Source: Heteronotia binoei
Lineage: Eukaryota
Assembly: GCF_032191835.1 (NCBI RefSeq)
Contig: NC_083226.1
Location: 38,688,001 to 38,752,000 of the forward strand
Length of the DNA: 64,000 nucleotides
Direction: 5' to 3'
In this document: piece by piece, positions 1 to 13,280 of the stretch
Numbering within the stretch: the stretch's first letter is position 1
Layout of the letters: every line of letters starts with the position of its first letter
Position numbers and translations under genes: made by a program
The notes under the pieces: model-generated
Told to the model about the DNA's origin: nothing
Seen by the model: only the letters and a program-made list of their open reading frames with translations
The model's database searches: none

Positions 1-2169
1 ATTCCTGTTCTTGTACAGCTCTAATAATGTTTTCTTGCTGAAAGGAACTCTCTTCCCGGAAGGCGACAGTGGTAGCTGAAGACAAGGAAGAAGCTGCAGC
101 ATTTAAAATATGTGTGTGCTTTTCTGGCCCCAGATGTTCAGGGCTTCATGCAGAGATGTTGGTCTTCATGGTTATAGATGCTTTATTCTTGTTGAGAGAG
201 GCTTTAGAGAGGCGTGGAGAAGGTCAATCTCATAGATTCTAGTAGCTTTTGAACCTGAAGGACTGGCCCATATCCTCCAACATTTCATGCATGGTTCGCT
301 CTTTGTTGTGTTTGCACCCCTATTTTTATGCCAAGTATTGCTTCCTGAACTTCAATGACATTGGCTCAAGGCTTTATCTGTATGTTGAGCTATATTTTGA
401 TAGGCAGTGGATTGGTAATGCATGGCATTTGGAAGGTAGTGCACTGGCATTTAGTGCCCATGTCTTTGCCTTCACACATTATAAAACCCTTCTACTTGCT
501 GGGCAACAACAAGAACTCTGAATCAGATGTTGAACAATAGTTTGTACCTTCCAGACTGACTCACACGAGCCATTTTCAGTAGGGTATTCTGATAGAAGTA
601 GACATGCCAGCTCCAGGTGGGGCCTGGGGATCCCCCCAAATTACAGATCATCTCCAGTCTACAAAGATTACCTGAAGGTAAACTCTATGGCATTGTGCCC
701 CATTGAGGACCCTGTCCTCTCCAGTCCCCACACCCAAATCCCCAGGAGTTTCCCAACCTGGATCTGACAACACTACTCCCTCTCCACTTCAGGCTGCCAA
801 GCCCCCGGTTCCCAACCTGTACAATAGGTGCCATAGAGCTTTTCCCTCCCAAATGGCTAGAACGTTCAGGAAAACCATAGAGTTTTCCTGAAAATGCCTA
901 GAGTGGTCGTGTGTGGCATCACCAGTGCAATGACATCACTTCCAGGTGACATCATCGCGTTGCACGCTCGTGAAAGTCCCCTGCTTCAGAACACAGGGGA
1001 CTTGGCAACCCTATTTCCACTGCCAGTGGCTGAGGGCAGACCTGGCAACCCTAAAGGTGATCCTTTTCCATAAGCTCTGTTCTCTCTTCCTTAATAATCT
1101 TTCAGAGCAGCTATTTGGGTCTGCTGGCAAAATCACATTTTAACTGCACATAAACTTCACAGTGGTACTTTAAGGAGGGGGAAACAGTATGGAGGGGAAG
1201 AAAGTTTCTGCCTGAGCACATGCACAGACACGCACACGCACACACCTAATGATTATAAGAGAAAAAGGCTCCTGTGAGTGATTTGGGGAGACACAAAACT
1301 CTCCCTGAATGGCTGAGTCAAAATCCAGTCTTTGGCCAAAAACACAAGGACTCTATAATGTGCAATCTAGAGTTATGAGCCCCTCACACTTGGAGGTTTT
1401 GCTATAGAAAGCTGAACCTTGAGGCTGTATAATGCACACTGACAAAAGGATTAAAGAACACTCCTAAAATCTTTCCCAGAAGCAAAACAAAAGTCAAATA
1501 GGGACAGTGTGATAATAGGGAGAGGTGCCATAAAATAAAGATGGCCTTTGGTAAATAAAAGTAGTTTCAGTTTACTCACCTGCTTCTGTGCATATGCCAG
1601 GATTTCCCCAGAGGTGTAGTATCCAGCATTCTGAAAAATACAGTTTTCATTTGTATTAATGTAGTAATTATCTATATTTTTCCCTGACTCCAAAAGCAAT
1701 AATCCAGTTTTCTTTTCTTTTTTAAAAAATTCTATTATAACTTTAAAATCATGTTTTATAATCTTGTTAGAATTATTGCATATTTAGACACAGATCCACT
1801 TGAAGTTTTTCATAACTAATTCATTGGTTTCAAAAGGACTAACAATGCAATCCTGTGTAGAGTTATTCCAGCCTCAGTCCACTGAAATTCCTTGGCATAG
1901 AACAGGGTAACTCTGCATAATACTCTTACAATAAATCATATTATTGAAATCAGTGGTACTTAAATTAGTCATGACTTTGTTGCCTGGGTTCCAGAGGGAC
2001 TTACAGTGCAATCCTAAGCAGTTATGGTCTTATTAAGCCTGTTGAAGTTAATGGATTTAGAAAATAATAGGTTATGATTAATTTTTGATATTCTGGGGCT
2101 GCAGTAAGAAAATAGCAATCCGGACCCAAGGTTAAATGAGGTTCAGACTATGATACCAATTGCATTGGT

Positions 2170-2480
2170 ACTGATACAGCTCAGTTCCACAAGGCCTGTA
2201 AAACAGTCCTATTTCGACTTGCCTTTAGCTGAATTATAGTATAAGTAGATGCCCAACATCGCTGAACTTAACGAAATCAACACTAGCACCAAAATTGTTT
2301 TAAATCGTTTTAAACTGTTTTAAAATTATCTCATTGGTATTAATTAATTGTTAAAACTTTAATTGTTTATTTACTGTTTTATTGTTTTAGTTTGACTGTT
2401 GTGAGCCGCCCTGAGCCTGCTTCGGCGGGGAGGGCAGGATATAAATCTGAGAAATAAATAAATAAAATAAATAAATAAAA
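2170..2480 (+). mobile_element. L2 LINE 3' end
   Basis: QFHKACKTVLFRLAFS-stop, then tail gagccgccctgagcc...ggatataaat (AAAT)n. Confidence 0.65.
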
Positions 2481-3234
2481 TTCAGTTGAGACTGCCTCAT
2501 TGAAACAAATGGAACAAATTGTGACTATTTAAAGTCCTGTTACTTTCCATCTAGTTTGATGCCCTTATCTTGACTGGAGCCACATCATGCTTTGTGACAG
2601 AATCATGCTGTGATTTGGCAAGACTCACTAATTGCATGACTATTCATACCCTGTTTTGTCCAGGCTGCACAGATGCCTTTACTGGCATATTGATACCTTT
2701 ATCTCCCAACCTCAGGTTGCTAGAGATCTCCTGCTATAACCATTGATCTCTAGATAGCAAAGATCAGTTCCAATGGAGAAAATGGCTACTTTGGAAGTAG
2801 GGTTGCCAGGTCTGTGTTGGAAAATAGCTGAAGACTTTGGGGGGTGGATCCAGGAGAGGGTGGGGTTTGGGGAGGGGAGGGGCCTCAGTATGGTACAATG
2901 CCATAGAGTCCATTTTCTCCAGGGGAGCTCACCTCTGCCAGCTGGAGATCAGTTGTAAAAGCAGGAGATCTCCAGGCCCCACCTGGAAGTTGGAAACGGA
3001 GGTCAGCCTGTATAGTATTATACCTTGCTGAGGTGTTCCATGACCACACCCTCCCCAGGCTCCATCCCCAAAATCCCTAGGTATTTCCCAACCCAGAGCT
3101 GGCAATCCTACCCCAACTTTGTTACATTATGACATTATTTTGTTTTACTGGGAATTTTTTGCTGTTAGCTTCCCTTATTATTATCATATCTGCTTTCTGA
3201 TTAATTGATTGATGGATCAATTGATTGATTGATC

Positions 3235-3405
3235 AAGATTCAAATCCAGTAGCTCCTTAAAGACTAGCAAGATTTCCATGGTATAAACTTCCAAGAGTCA
3301 GAGCTCCCTTTGTTGGATACAAGTAGGAACGGACCTTGTTGATCTTTAAGGTGCTACAGGACTCAAATCTTCTTGTACTGCAAACCAACATGGCCCACCT
3401 GAAAT
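3235..3405 (+). mobile_element. Degenerate Penelope-like fold-back relic
   Basis: Short arms (ccagtagctccttaaagac / gatctttaaggtgctacagg), decayed hammerhead-like segment and a similar tail. Confidence 0.5.
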
Positions 3406-4411
3406 TGCTTGATATTAACATACTGTGTAATCCATTTACTGATTGACTGAACAGGAATTTTTTTTGTCATATTGTAATCTGCATTGAGTGCTGGTGAGAA
3501 ACACAGGCGATAAGTAATAGTGATGATACTAGTATAAGTATTAACTTGCGTCTCTTTTTTTCTTTTAAGGGAAAAATGCCCTTCAGTGTCCCGTGCTTGT
3601 TATAATATTAATGCCCACTAGATGCCGTCCTGCATTGTATTCAGAATAAGAAGCCTATTCAGAAATTCAAGTTAGTGTGGTGATCTTACATTTTCTGAAC
3701 TTTAAAAAAAACTGTGCTGTATTCATACAACTTTAAAAAAATTAGTCATATTTGCCAGAACTATTTTGAACTCACCAAGCAGATACAATCCAGATACAGT
3801 CAATGAAATGCTTTCCTTCCATGCTATCTGAAGGTGGAATGGGAGACATAGCAGACACCATGAGGAAATGACTATTTTTCTTGAGTTCCTGTTCAGCTAT
3901 TAGCTATTCCCTCTATGGGCAATGATAGTTAGAAGGGCTCTTTTTTTAGCAGGAATGCACAGGAACACAGTTCCAGCTGGTTTGGTGTCAGGGATGTGGT
4001 CTAACATGCAGATGAGTTCCTGATGGGCTTTTGCTATAAAAAAGCCCTGTATAAAACAATGGTGACATCAGGGGATATGGCCTAATATACAAATGAGTTC
4101 CTGCTCGGCTTTTTCTACCAAAAAAAGCCCTTAGAAGATGCTTTCGCTGTAGCATTCGATGGCTGCTGGTTCCATCTAAGAGCATGGGAAAAGCAGAAAT
4201 CAGTGTTCTACTTGTGCATCCTGGCAGTTGGGATGTAGCCAGGAAGAAGACAGAAGTTCAAGTTGACTGGGAAATTCCAAGGCTATGTTGTTGGTTTGGA
4301 AGGAACTGATACTACTTTAAAGATTAGACCCAGAGATCTAGATGCTTGCTTCCCCCCCATGCTTAGCTGGTATGTTTAAATGAACAGAGATCAGAAAAAG
4401 AATCATCATGG

Positions 4412-6422
4412 ATAAGAACATAAGAGAAGCCATGTTGGATCAGGCCCAGCGGTGTCACTGGGGCGGGGCCAAGGGGGCCATCGGCCCTCCCCCAGAGCAT
4501 TCTCATTGGCCCCCCTCTCCGCCTTGCGCAAGCGTCGACGGCCGCCTCTAGTTGCTGCCCGCCTGGAGCAGTGAGTCACCCATGGAGTCGGAGGAGAGGG
4601 GGATGGCGCTGGGACACGGCTGAGTCAAGGCCTGGCGCATGGTGGTTGGCTGGCGGGCAGCTCCTCCCGGGTGCTGGCGGGCCTGTGAAGGGAAGGGGGC
4701 TTCACGGCGTCTACCGACCGGGGCACATCCGCCCGCTCTGCCCCAGGCGCGGGCTCCGGGCGGGCAGCAACTAGAGGCGGCCGTCGACGCTTGCGCAAGG
4801 CGGAGAGGGCGCAGCTCCCTCCAAAACACGGGCGGGGAGGGAGAGGGGCTTCCTGCCTTCCCACGGTTTTGCGCAGCCAGCAGGGCGCACTTGGCCCCAG
4901 GGTGCAACCCACCCTAGTGACGCCTCTGGGGCGCACTTGGCCCCAGGGTGCAACCCACCCTAGCGACGCCTCTGATCAGGCCAACGGCCCATCCAGTCCA
5001 ACACTCTGTGTCACACAGTGGCAAAAAAAATTATATATATACACACACTGTGGCTAATAGCCACTGATGGACCTGTGCTCCATATTTTTATCTAAACCCC
5101 TCTTGAAGGTGGCTATACTTGTGGCCGCCACCACCTCCTGTGGCAGTGAATTCCACATGTTAATCACCCTTTGGGTGAAGAAGTACTTCCTTTTCCATTT
5201 TAACCTGTCTGCTCAGCAATTTCATCGAATGCCCACGAGTTCTTGTATTGTGAGAAAGGAAGAAAAGTACTTCTTTCTCTACTTTTTCCATCCCATGCAT
5301 TATCTTGTAAACCTCTATCATGTCACCCTGCAGTCGACATTTCTCCAAGCTAAAGAGTCCCAAGCGTTTCAACCTTTCTTCATAGGGAAAGTGCTCCAGC
5401 CCTTTAATCATTCTAGTTGCCCTTCTCTGGACTTTCTCCAATGCTATAATATCCTTTTTGAGGTGCGGCGACCAGAACTGCACCCAGTACTCCAAATGAG
5501 ACCACACCATCGATTGATACAGGGGCATTATGATACTGGCTGATTTGTTTTCAATTCCCTTCCTAATAATTCCCAGCATGGCGTTGGCCTTTTTTATTGC
5601 AAACGCACACTGTCTTGACATTTTCAGTGCATTATCTACCACGACCCCAAGATCTCTCTCTTGGTCAGTCTCTGCCAGTTCACACCCCATCAACTTGTAT
5701 TTGTAGCTGGGATTCTTGGCCCCAATGTGCATTACTTTGCACTTGGCCACATTGAATCACATCTGCCACGTTGACGCCCACTCACCCAGCCTCAACAGAT
5801 CCCTTTGGAGTTCTTCACAATCCTCTCTGGTTCTCACCACCCTGAACAATTTAGTGTCATCCGCAAACTTGGCCACTTCACTGCTCACTCCCAACTCTAA
5901 ATCATTTATGAACAAGTTAAAGAGCATGGGACCCAGTACCGAGCCCTGCGGCACCCCACTGCTTACCGTCCTCCACTGCGAAGACTGCCCATTTATATTC
6001 ACTCTCTGCTTCCTATTACTCAGCCAGTTTTTGATCAACAAGAGGACCTGTCCTTTTACTCCATGACTCTCAAGCTTTCTAAGGAGCCTTTGATGAGGAA
6101 CTTTATCAAAAGCTTTCTGGAAGTCAAGGTAAACAACATCTATCGGGTCTCCTTTGTCCACATGTCTGTTCACCCCCTCAAAGAAATGTAACAGGTTAGT
6201 GAGGCAAGATCTTCCCTTGCAGAACCCATGCTGAGTCTTCCTCAATAACCCGTGTTCATCAATGTGCCTACTCATTCTGTCCTTGATAATGGTTTCTACC
6301 AACTTTCCCGGTATTGAAGTCAGACTGACTGGCCTGTAATTTCCCGGATCTCCTCTGGAACCCTTTTTAAAGATGGGGGTGACATTTGCTACCTTCCAGT
6401 CATCAGGAACGGAGGCAGATTT
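4412..6422 (-). mobile_element. 5'-truncated CR1 LINE (ORF2 RT to 3' tail), interrupted by a hAT MITE
   Basis: RT motifs NYRPVSLTS, GVPQGSVLGP and FADDTKL. In-frame TGA at 5759-5757, frameshift near 5195, CR1-type 3' end with (TTCTTATG)n-like tail at 4412-4446. Confidence 0.93.
4447..4974. mobile_element. CpG-rich non-autonomous hAT element (MITE), 528 bp
   Basis: Perfect 8-bp TSD ATCAGGCC (4439-4446 / 4975-4982). Imperfect 17-bp TIRs CAGCGGTGTCACTGGGG / CAGAGGCGTCGCTAGGG. The uninterrupted CR1 site is visible at 38568-38575. Confidence 0.88.
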
Positions 6423-7791
6423 CAGTAAGTCTTATCTCACAAGAAGTTATTCAGTAGCAGCTGCACTAGACTTACCATTCATGGTAATGGGGAGTAATAA
6501 AACAGTAGGCACTACCCTATTATCCATGACTGGAAGGCATATTGGATTTTCCCACATTCCCTTCCATTGCTGCAGCTCCCTCTCTCTTTGGAAAGATAAT
6601 TTTCAAGGTCATAGATGCCATGCAGAGAAAATGCCATGGAAATAATCATGCTGGAATGAAGAGGGAAAAGTGGATAAAATTGCCCCCTTTACCTCACCAA
6701 AGCTGCACCTGCAGAAGAGGAGGAAGGAGCAATCTCACCTCCATGACCCTCCTCACTCCAGCTCCCTCCTGACAAATAAGTTTGACATCCTTGCTTTAGG
6801 CTGATCCTGCACTGAGCAGGTGGTTGAACTAGATGGTCTGTATGGCCCCTTCCAACTGTATGAGTCTATACCTAGGAGCCAACCCAGCACGTGGTGTGGG
6901 AATACTGCTAGGATTTGCATGTGCTTCTTGAGCATCCATTTCACTAAGGCAGAAGAAGAAGAAGAGAAGATATTGGATTTATGTCCCGCCCTCCACTCCG
7001 AAGAGTCTCAGAGCGGCTTACAATCTCCTTTACCTTCCTCTGGCAGAGCAGTCGTCTCTGAAGGGATCTGTGGCCCTTTTCAGCTGTCATCCAGCAGCTG
7101 GAATAAATCAACTCTGGTCAGCAATTCATCATACAGTCCTTGACTGTATCCTGTGCTCACACTCAGCAGTAATGCACTATCCCTTCCCATCAATCAGGCC
7201 GTCTATTGAATAGCTGGTGCTTCAAAGACCGCAGGTGACATTCTCTTTGCATTATCAGTATGTTTGCTATCCCGCACGAATTCTGCCACATGCCTCATTT
7301 TTTATAATTGATTGCATCCATTGAAGAGCAGCTGCCAAGAGGAAACAAAAAAAATGGTGTGCAAAAAGGGCATGGGAAATGAAGAGATTTGTGGGCATGC
7401 CTGGCTGCCAAGAAGGCAGATTTTATTGGCGTGCTAGGTAAGTGAAAAACACATTAAGAGAACATGCAGTGACAGACTGTCAAAGCCTGTGATGATATCC
7501 TGAAAACAATGTCCTTGAAAGGGAGCTGCTAGTAATGTAGGAACATTTTACCTCAAATGCACAAGTTTCCAAAGAGGGAAAAAAAAATATTAGAGAGTAG
7601 CCCATGTGGTGCAGAACTGCAAACTCTAAAGACTTAAATGATTGCCTTGGCAACAACATCAGCTCCAGCTCTCTGGAATGATTTGCTGGGGAGGGGGGCT
7701 ATTTTGGCCCAAAAACAGAGACAATGTAAGACTGCCCTTTTAGATGGGCCTTTGATAAGCATTAGGCTGGGTGGGGAGGATTATTGGTGGT

Positions 7792-7950
7792 CAGGCCTCA
7801 GATTCAGCAGGAGCTCACAGGAGCACAGCTCCTGAACCGTTCTGAGAGTTCCTCCTTCTCCTTCCCACCTTGTCCATTGAATAGCAGGTGCAGCTGCATA
7901 ACAATCCCTGGATGAGCTCCACCACCTATTTTTCTACAAAATAACCTCTG
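7792..7950. mobile_element. hAT MITE
   Basis: CAG...CTG ends and perfect TSD TTGGTGGT. Confidence 0.7.
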
Positions 7951-8704
7951 TTGGTGGTGGATATTTAGAGGTGTTGACTGTTTTTTGGCTTTGTGAAATT
8001 TTTGGTTTTAGTACCTCACTGCTAGCTTCAGTTTGCTTTGTGAGCCAACTTGGGTCACCTTCTTTGGTGAGGAAGATGGGATAAACACGTTTTCATAAAC
8101 ACATTAAACATCAACTGCAGCGTGCAAATAGAGAGGTGTGCCTTGATATCCCTTAACATCACGGAGGATGTTAGTGTACAGTTCTTGGAGTGCTCTGTTT
8201 TTGGCACCTCTAAAATGGTACTGCCCCAAACAACAGCTTTTAGCTATTTGGCAGTCAGGCTGGCCTGCCTGGCAGCCATCCCTTTCTGAGACACTTGTAT
8301 TTTGTAAGTAGAGCAATGTGATGGCTTTCATCAAAACGATTTCTGGGCTGAAGTAGGTAAGTTTGAATAAAGTTCTTCATCAAAGGAAACACAATAGAAT
8401 TTGGAACATACAACTTGCATGTTTTGTGGTTTTTGTCCGGCACGGCAACAGCTATGGATGCTGATCTACATCACGTCTGCACAATTTGAAGATATTACCA
8501 TTGTTTTGGACTTTTTTTTTTAGTAATTTATGCATTAGAAGTATTTCCATAATAAGCACTGGTGATCAGATGATGTTCTTTCAACTCGGAATGCAGGTCA
8601 CATCCTCCTGAGGCTCATGTCATTGTGGCAAAGAAGGCTGTTAGAATTAAATCTGTCCAAAGAGTTTATGTTTCTGGGAACAGCTGGCAAGAAACAGGTC
8701 AGAG

Positions 8705-8898
8705 CAGTGTTCCCTGTAAGCTAAGTCAGTGTGAGCTAGCTCACAATTTTTTAGCCTCTGGGTCACACATTTTTGTCTTGGCTCAGGAAGGAAGGTTCCA
8801 GAGCAAACTAATTTATGCAGTAGCTCACAACTTTAATGCCAGTACCTCACAAAGTAGAATGTTTGCTCACAAGACTCCGCAGCTTAGAGGGAGTATTG
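8705..8898. mobile_element. hAT MITE (Tip100-like ends)
   Basis: CAGTGTTCCCTGTAAGCT / AGCTTAGAGGGAGTATTG and degenerate TSD (6/8). Confidence 0.6.
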
Positions 8899-9354
8899 GG
8901 TAGGAGTATGAGAGATGGGATTCCGTTTCTGTGGAGATGCTACTGCTTTTGAAACAGTATTGCTTGCCTGAAGATGTGCCTGCTTGCCTTCCACCTGCTC
9001 AGCTTGCATATCTGTAAGACCTGGCATTGCAAAATCACTATCAGTGTCCAGTATTCTATATTTCTCTGTCATATGGAGCCTCCTTTTACCTGACTCCTTA
9101 GGGCTCAGTGTTAGCACTGACATTTATTTTGAGTCCAAGAGAATTTAAAAACTCCAAAGAAAAAGTACCCTTCCTCATCCAGTATGCTAACTCTAGTAAA
9201 AGGGGGAAGGGGCTTCTATGTCAGTATTTTACCTAAGAGACCAAAATGCAAATGAAATGCCATACATGTAATGTACCTGCCAAGTTTTCCCAGAGAAGTA
9301 AAGGACTATATCTACTATTGTTTCCAGATTTCATGTATTTCCCCATACTTAAAC

Positions 9355-10170
9355 TAGGGTTGCCAAGTCCAATTCAAGAAATATCTGGGGACTTTGGGGG
9401 TGGAGCCAGGAGACACTGGGGGCGGAGCCAGGAACAAGGGTGTGACAAGCATAATTGAACTCCAAGAGAGTTCTGGCCATCACATTTAAAGGGACAGCAC
9501 ACCTTTTTAAATGTCTTCCTTCCATAGGAAATAATGAAGGATAGGGGCACCTTCTTTTGGGGCTCATAGAATTGGACCCCCTGGTCCAATCGTTTTGAAA
9601 CTTGGGGGGGGGTACTTGGGGGAGAGGTACTAGATACTATATTGAAAATTTGGTGCCTCTACCTAAAAAAACAGCTCCCCCAGAACCCCCGAAACCTCCA
9701 GAACAATTCCCCATTATACCCTATGAGAATCGATCACATAGGGAATAATGAAGACATTTCCCTCTCCCCTCCCCCTTTTCTGGCGAGTCTGAAGAAGAGG
9801 ATCGGCCTCTCTACTCACCAGTTGCTGCCAGCTTCTTCACAGAAACACAGACACACCATCCTAAATTGAAGCCTTTCAAGTCAAGCCTCTGGAGGTGCAA
9901 AGGCACATGGTCCTTTGTGGGCGGGGCTCCCTCTCCCCCCCCCACCAGCCAGCTGATTGGGGGCGGGAAGCAGCCTGGGAAAACTGAAGAAAGGCTGCTG
10001 CGATCGAGGCTGGGTGGGAAGGGAAGGGCAAGGAGAAGCTGCTTGGATTGGGGCTGGGTGAGAAGAGCCGCCACCACCACCACCACCCCGCTTTCCGGAT
10101 TTTTGGCGAGCGGGGGGAGAAGGCTCCAAATTGGGGGTCCCCCGGCTAGGTGGGGGATTTGGGAAGCCTA
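9355..10170. mobile_element. Non-autonomous hAT (Blackjack-like TIR TAGGGTTGCCA), 816 bp
   Basis: TIRs and perfect 8-bp TSD ACTTAAAC (9347-9354 / 10171-10178). Shares a core with 19424, 22552 and 46823. Confidence 0.82.
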
Positions 10171-10687
10171 ACTTAAACACAGGTTATGCCTGCACAGGGT
10201 ATGATCTGCAAAACTGGAAGTAGCCAGCAAACTATGGTGCTTTCCATATGGAAACAGGCTTGTAGCAGGGTTGCTAGCATGCAGTTGGCAGTTTGAGATC
10301 TCCTGGGCTGACAATCAGGGCTTTTTTCCTGGGGGAGTGCAGTGGAACAGAGTTCTAGAACCTCTTTGTGGAAATAAAATTCTCAAAAAATGTTTCAAAG
10401 TTCATGAGGGGCACCCATGCATTTCTCCTTCATTTTCCTCTCGAGAGTTACGGCACCTCTTTTTCCAGGAAAAAAAATGAACAGAGATCAGTTCATCTGA
10501 AGAAAATGGCCACTTTGGAAGGTGGGCTCTATCATGGCATTGAAGTCCCTCCCCGAACCCCATCTACCTCAGGCTCCACCCCCAAAATCTCCAAGTATTT
10601 CCCAACCCAGAGTTGGCAAACAAACCAGAGTTTCACAATCCAGAGGTAGCAACAAACAAACCCTCATATGGTTTCCTCATTGCCAGT

Positions 10688-10887
10688 CAGGGCTTTCTTT
10701 GTGGAAAAAGCTCAGCAGGGACTCATTTGCATATTAGGCTACACCCCCTGACATCACCATCGTTTCTCACAGAGCTTTTTTATTTTAAAAAGCCCAGCAG
10801 GAATTCTTTTGCGCTTTAGGCCACACCCCCTGATGCCAAGCCAGCAGGAACTGCATTCCTGTGTGTTCCTACTCAACAAAAGTCCTG
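10688..10887. mobile_element. hAT MITE (CAGGGCTTTTT family)
   Basis: TIRs and perfect TSD TTGCCAGT (10680-10687 / 10888-10895). Confidence 0.8.
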
Positions 10888-13006
10888 TTGCCAGTGATGC
10901 TACTGATAAAGCACAGCAGCGCCAGGGCTCCCACATGGCAGAGTACTCTGCATTTTCCCTGCCTTAGTCCCGCAGCTGCAACCATTCTCCCCTCCCCTAG
11001 ACCATTGAGGCTTTTTCCAATTTTTTAAAAAAATCAGTTATATTGTATTGTTTTGTCAATATACTGTTATACTGTTATAGGTGCACTATGTTGTATGAAT
11101 TCCCAAGTACATTATTTTAAAACTAAGTCTCCAGCCCCTTCTGTTGTGGAGGAACTCCTTTCCCTTTTGGAATCCTTTGCTCCTGTATATAAATTATTTT
11201 TGAACAAACATTGTGGCCTTCCTGGTACCTGGAAATGACTGATCCAGAGCTTCACACCAGGCTTTAGCCATGACCTGCTTTATTTAAAATCCATCCCAGG
11301 TGCTTGCCAAATGTCTTGATTGCAGGTGCTGCTCTAATGGATGTATGCGCCTTGGTTTAAATCAGTCCAGGTGGCTATGTTTAAACAAACAGAAAACCCT
11401 GCCTTGGAACTTCCACGGTGTTTTGAAAGCCTGTAGGTCAAGACTTGACTGAGACCCTGAGCCATTCAGGCAGGAAGTGGTCAGCTGACTCTCCTTGGAA
11501 ACATTCAGCATGAAGTCAATGGGAAATCTTCTTAATTCCCACACTTCAGCCTTTTTGGTTCCAATTTCCCATGAGGCAACAGGGGATTTCTGCCTTTATC
11601 TTGTGTGTGTGTGTTTTGGAAGTTGACATTATGACACAGTTGTGTCCTTATTTTTCATTTGTTAGCCATCTGGGATGAGACAGTTATTACTCAGCTTGAG
11701 TTAGCTTCATTTGCTGTGAGCAAAGGATTAGAAATGTAGCCTCTGGACCTCACTTCCTGCCTTTGTAACCATAGATGCATGCCGTTTCAAATTGGCTGGC
11801 TCCAAAGTAATTATTTTTTTTTTCTTTTGGCCATGTTTCTGCTTTGAAGTCTGTGGAGCTATTCTGACCCACTGCAGACATAATGCTGCTCAGTCTCCTA
11901 ACTATAGTTAGGAATTCAGGTCCAACCTATGGGCTGGCACATTCTTTACCTAGCACACAAATTCCCATTTCTTTTTACTACTTGGAGTTAATCATAGTTA
12001 GCACTATGTGTGCACCAGACAAGTTTTTAATTCTAACCAGACTTAACTGCATTTGAGGTTTCTTGCATTTGTTGAAGCTTAGTATAAAAGCCCTTCTCAA
12101 TTGTAATGTCTTGGGCATTCCTGTCTTGCATACCAAGAGAGTGTACTACACATGATTCTCCCAGCATGCACAGTCTCCATTTTGTGTGAACAGGGCAACA
12201 CGTGTGTTTTCTAGAGTTGGTAAAGAAAACCCCTTTTTGCTGCGGATACACATTTGAAGCTGCAACATATGTACATTGTGCTGTTCACACAAAATGGCAA
12301 CTGAACATATCAGGAAGATTCAGCATACTGCACTCTCCCAGCATATAAAGTGAGCATCCCAAAGAGCAACTCCTTAAAAGTGTTAACAGCAGATAAAACC
12401 AAACATGGATTAACATCTAATTCATAATGTCCAGTGTCACATAACTGTGTCCTGGTATCACAGCACTGTTTTCCTGCCTATGCTCTGTGTTATGGGCTAG
12501 CAAGACTCAGAAACGCAGAATGTTGTGATGCTGGGACGTGTCGCAGTTGATGTTACAGAGGAGAAGGGAAACTGGATGTGTGGCTAACGTTGGGGGAGGG
12601 GGCTGTTGCATGTTATTGTTGTAATGGCCAGCTTGGCCTGCGGGGCCTCTTTCCTTACTGGGGATCATGGGGGGAAATGGTGCAAGCCAGTTCCATATAT
12701 GATGGGTGAAGAGCCTTCTGCATTCTAAACAAGCCAAGCAAGGCTCCTTTGTACCCTGAAGTTCCTAAGGACTGGCAAAGTCAAGTGTGAAATGAAAAAA
12801 ATTAAGCAGAAATGTCAGCCCCAAAAACCTGTGATCAGAGAACAACAACTGGGAAAATAGTTGGGTTGCCAGGGCCTCCCTGGCCACCAACAAGGGATGT
12901 GAGTGTAGCGTTGGGAAAAACCTGGAGTCTGGGGAGGAAAGGGCTTTCAGTGAGGTATGATGTCATAGGGTCCACCCTCCAAAGCATCCATTTTCTTCAG
13001 GGGAAC

Positions 13007-13265
13007 TGTAACGTACTCGAAGCGGAGACGAGAGTAGGGCAACATAGTTTATTTGGAGCACGTTGCAAGAGAGAGAACACGCGGGCCGGGTCCCACTTAT
13101 ATACAATTCCCGGTACAGCCTACTGGGCCGGTCAGGCCAATCCTGACCAGTTGAACTTCCCGCCACAGCTGTTGATTGGCGGGGGATTCCGCGCCCGGCG
13201 CTGGGGCGTCTGGGACAGCCCAGTTGCCCCCGCGCCTGGTCGGATGTTGTTACTGATACACTACA
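13007..13265 (-). repeat. Gypsy 3' LTR
   Basis: 259 bp, directly preceded on the minus strand by the polypurine tract. Confidence 0.95.
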
Positions 13266-13277
13266 CCCCTCCCCCCC
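13266..13277 (-). promoter_or_regulatory. Polypurine tract
   Basis: Minus strand GGGGGGGAGGGG abutting the 3' LTR. Confidence 0.9.
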
Positions 13278-13280
13278 TGG

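Noticed and set aside
4548-5057. Cluster of 60-119 aa ORFs
   Set aside because: They lie in a GC-rich non-coding MITE, are mirrored by its inverted repeat, and show no domain similarity.
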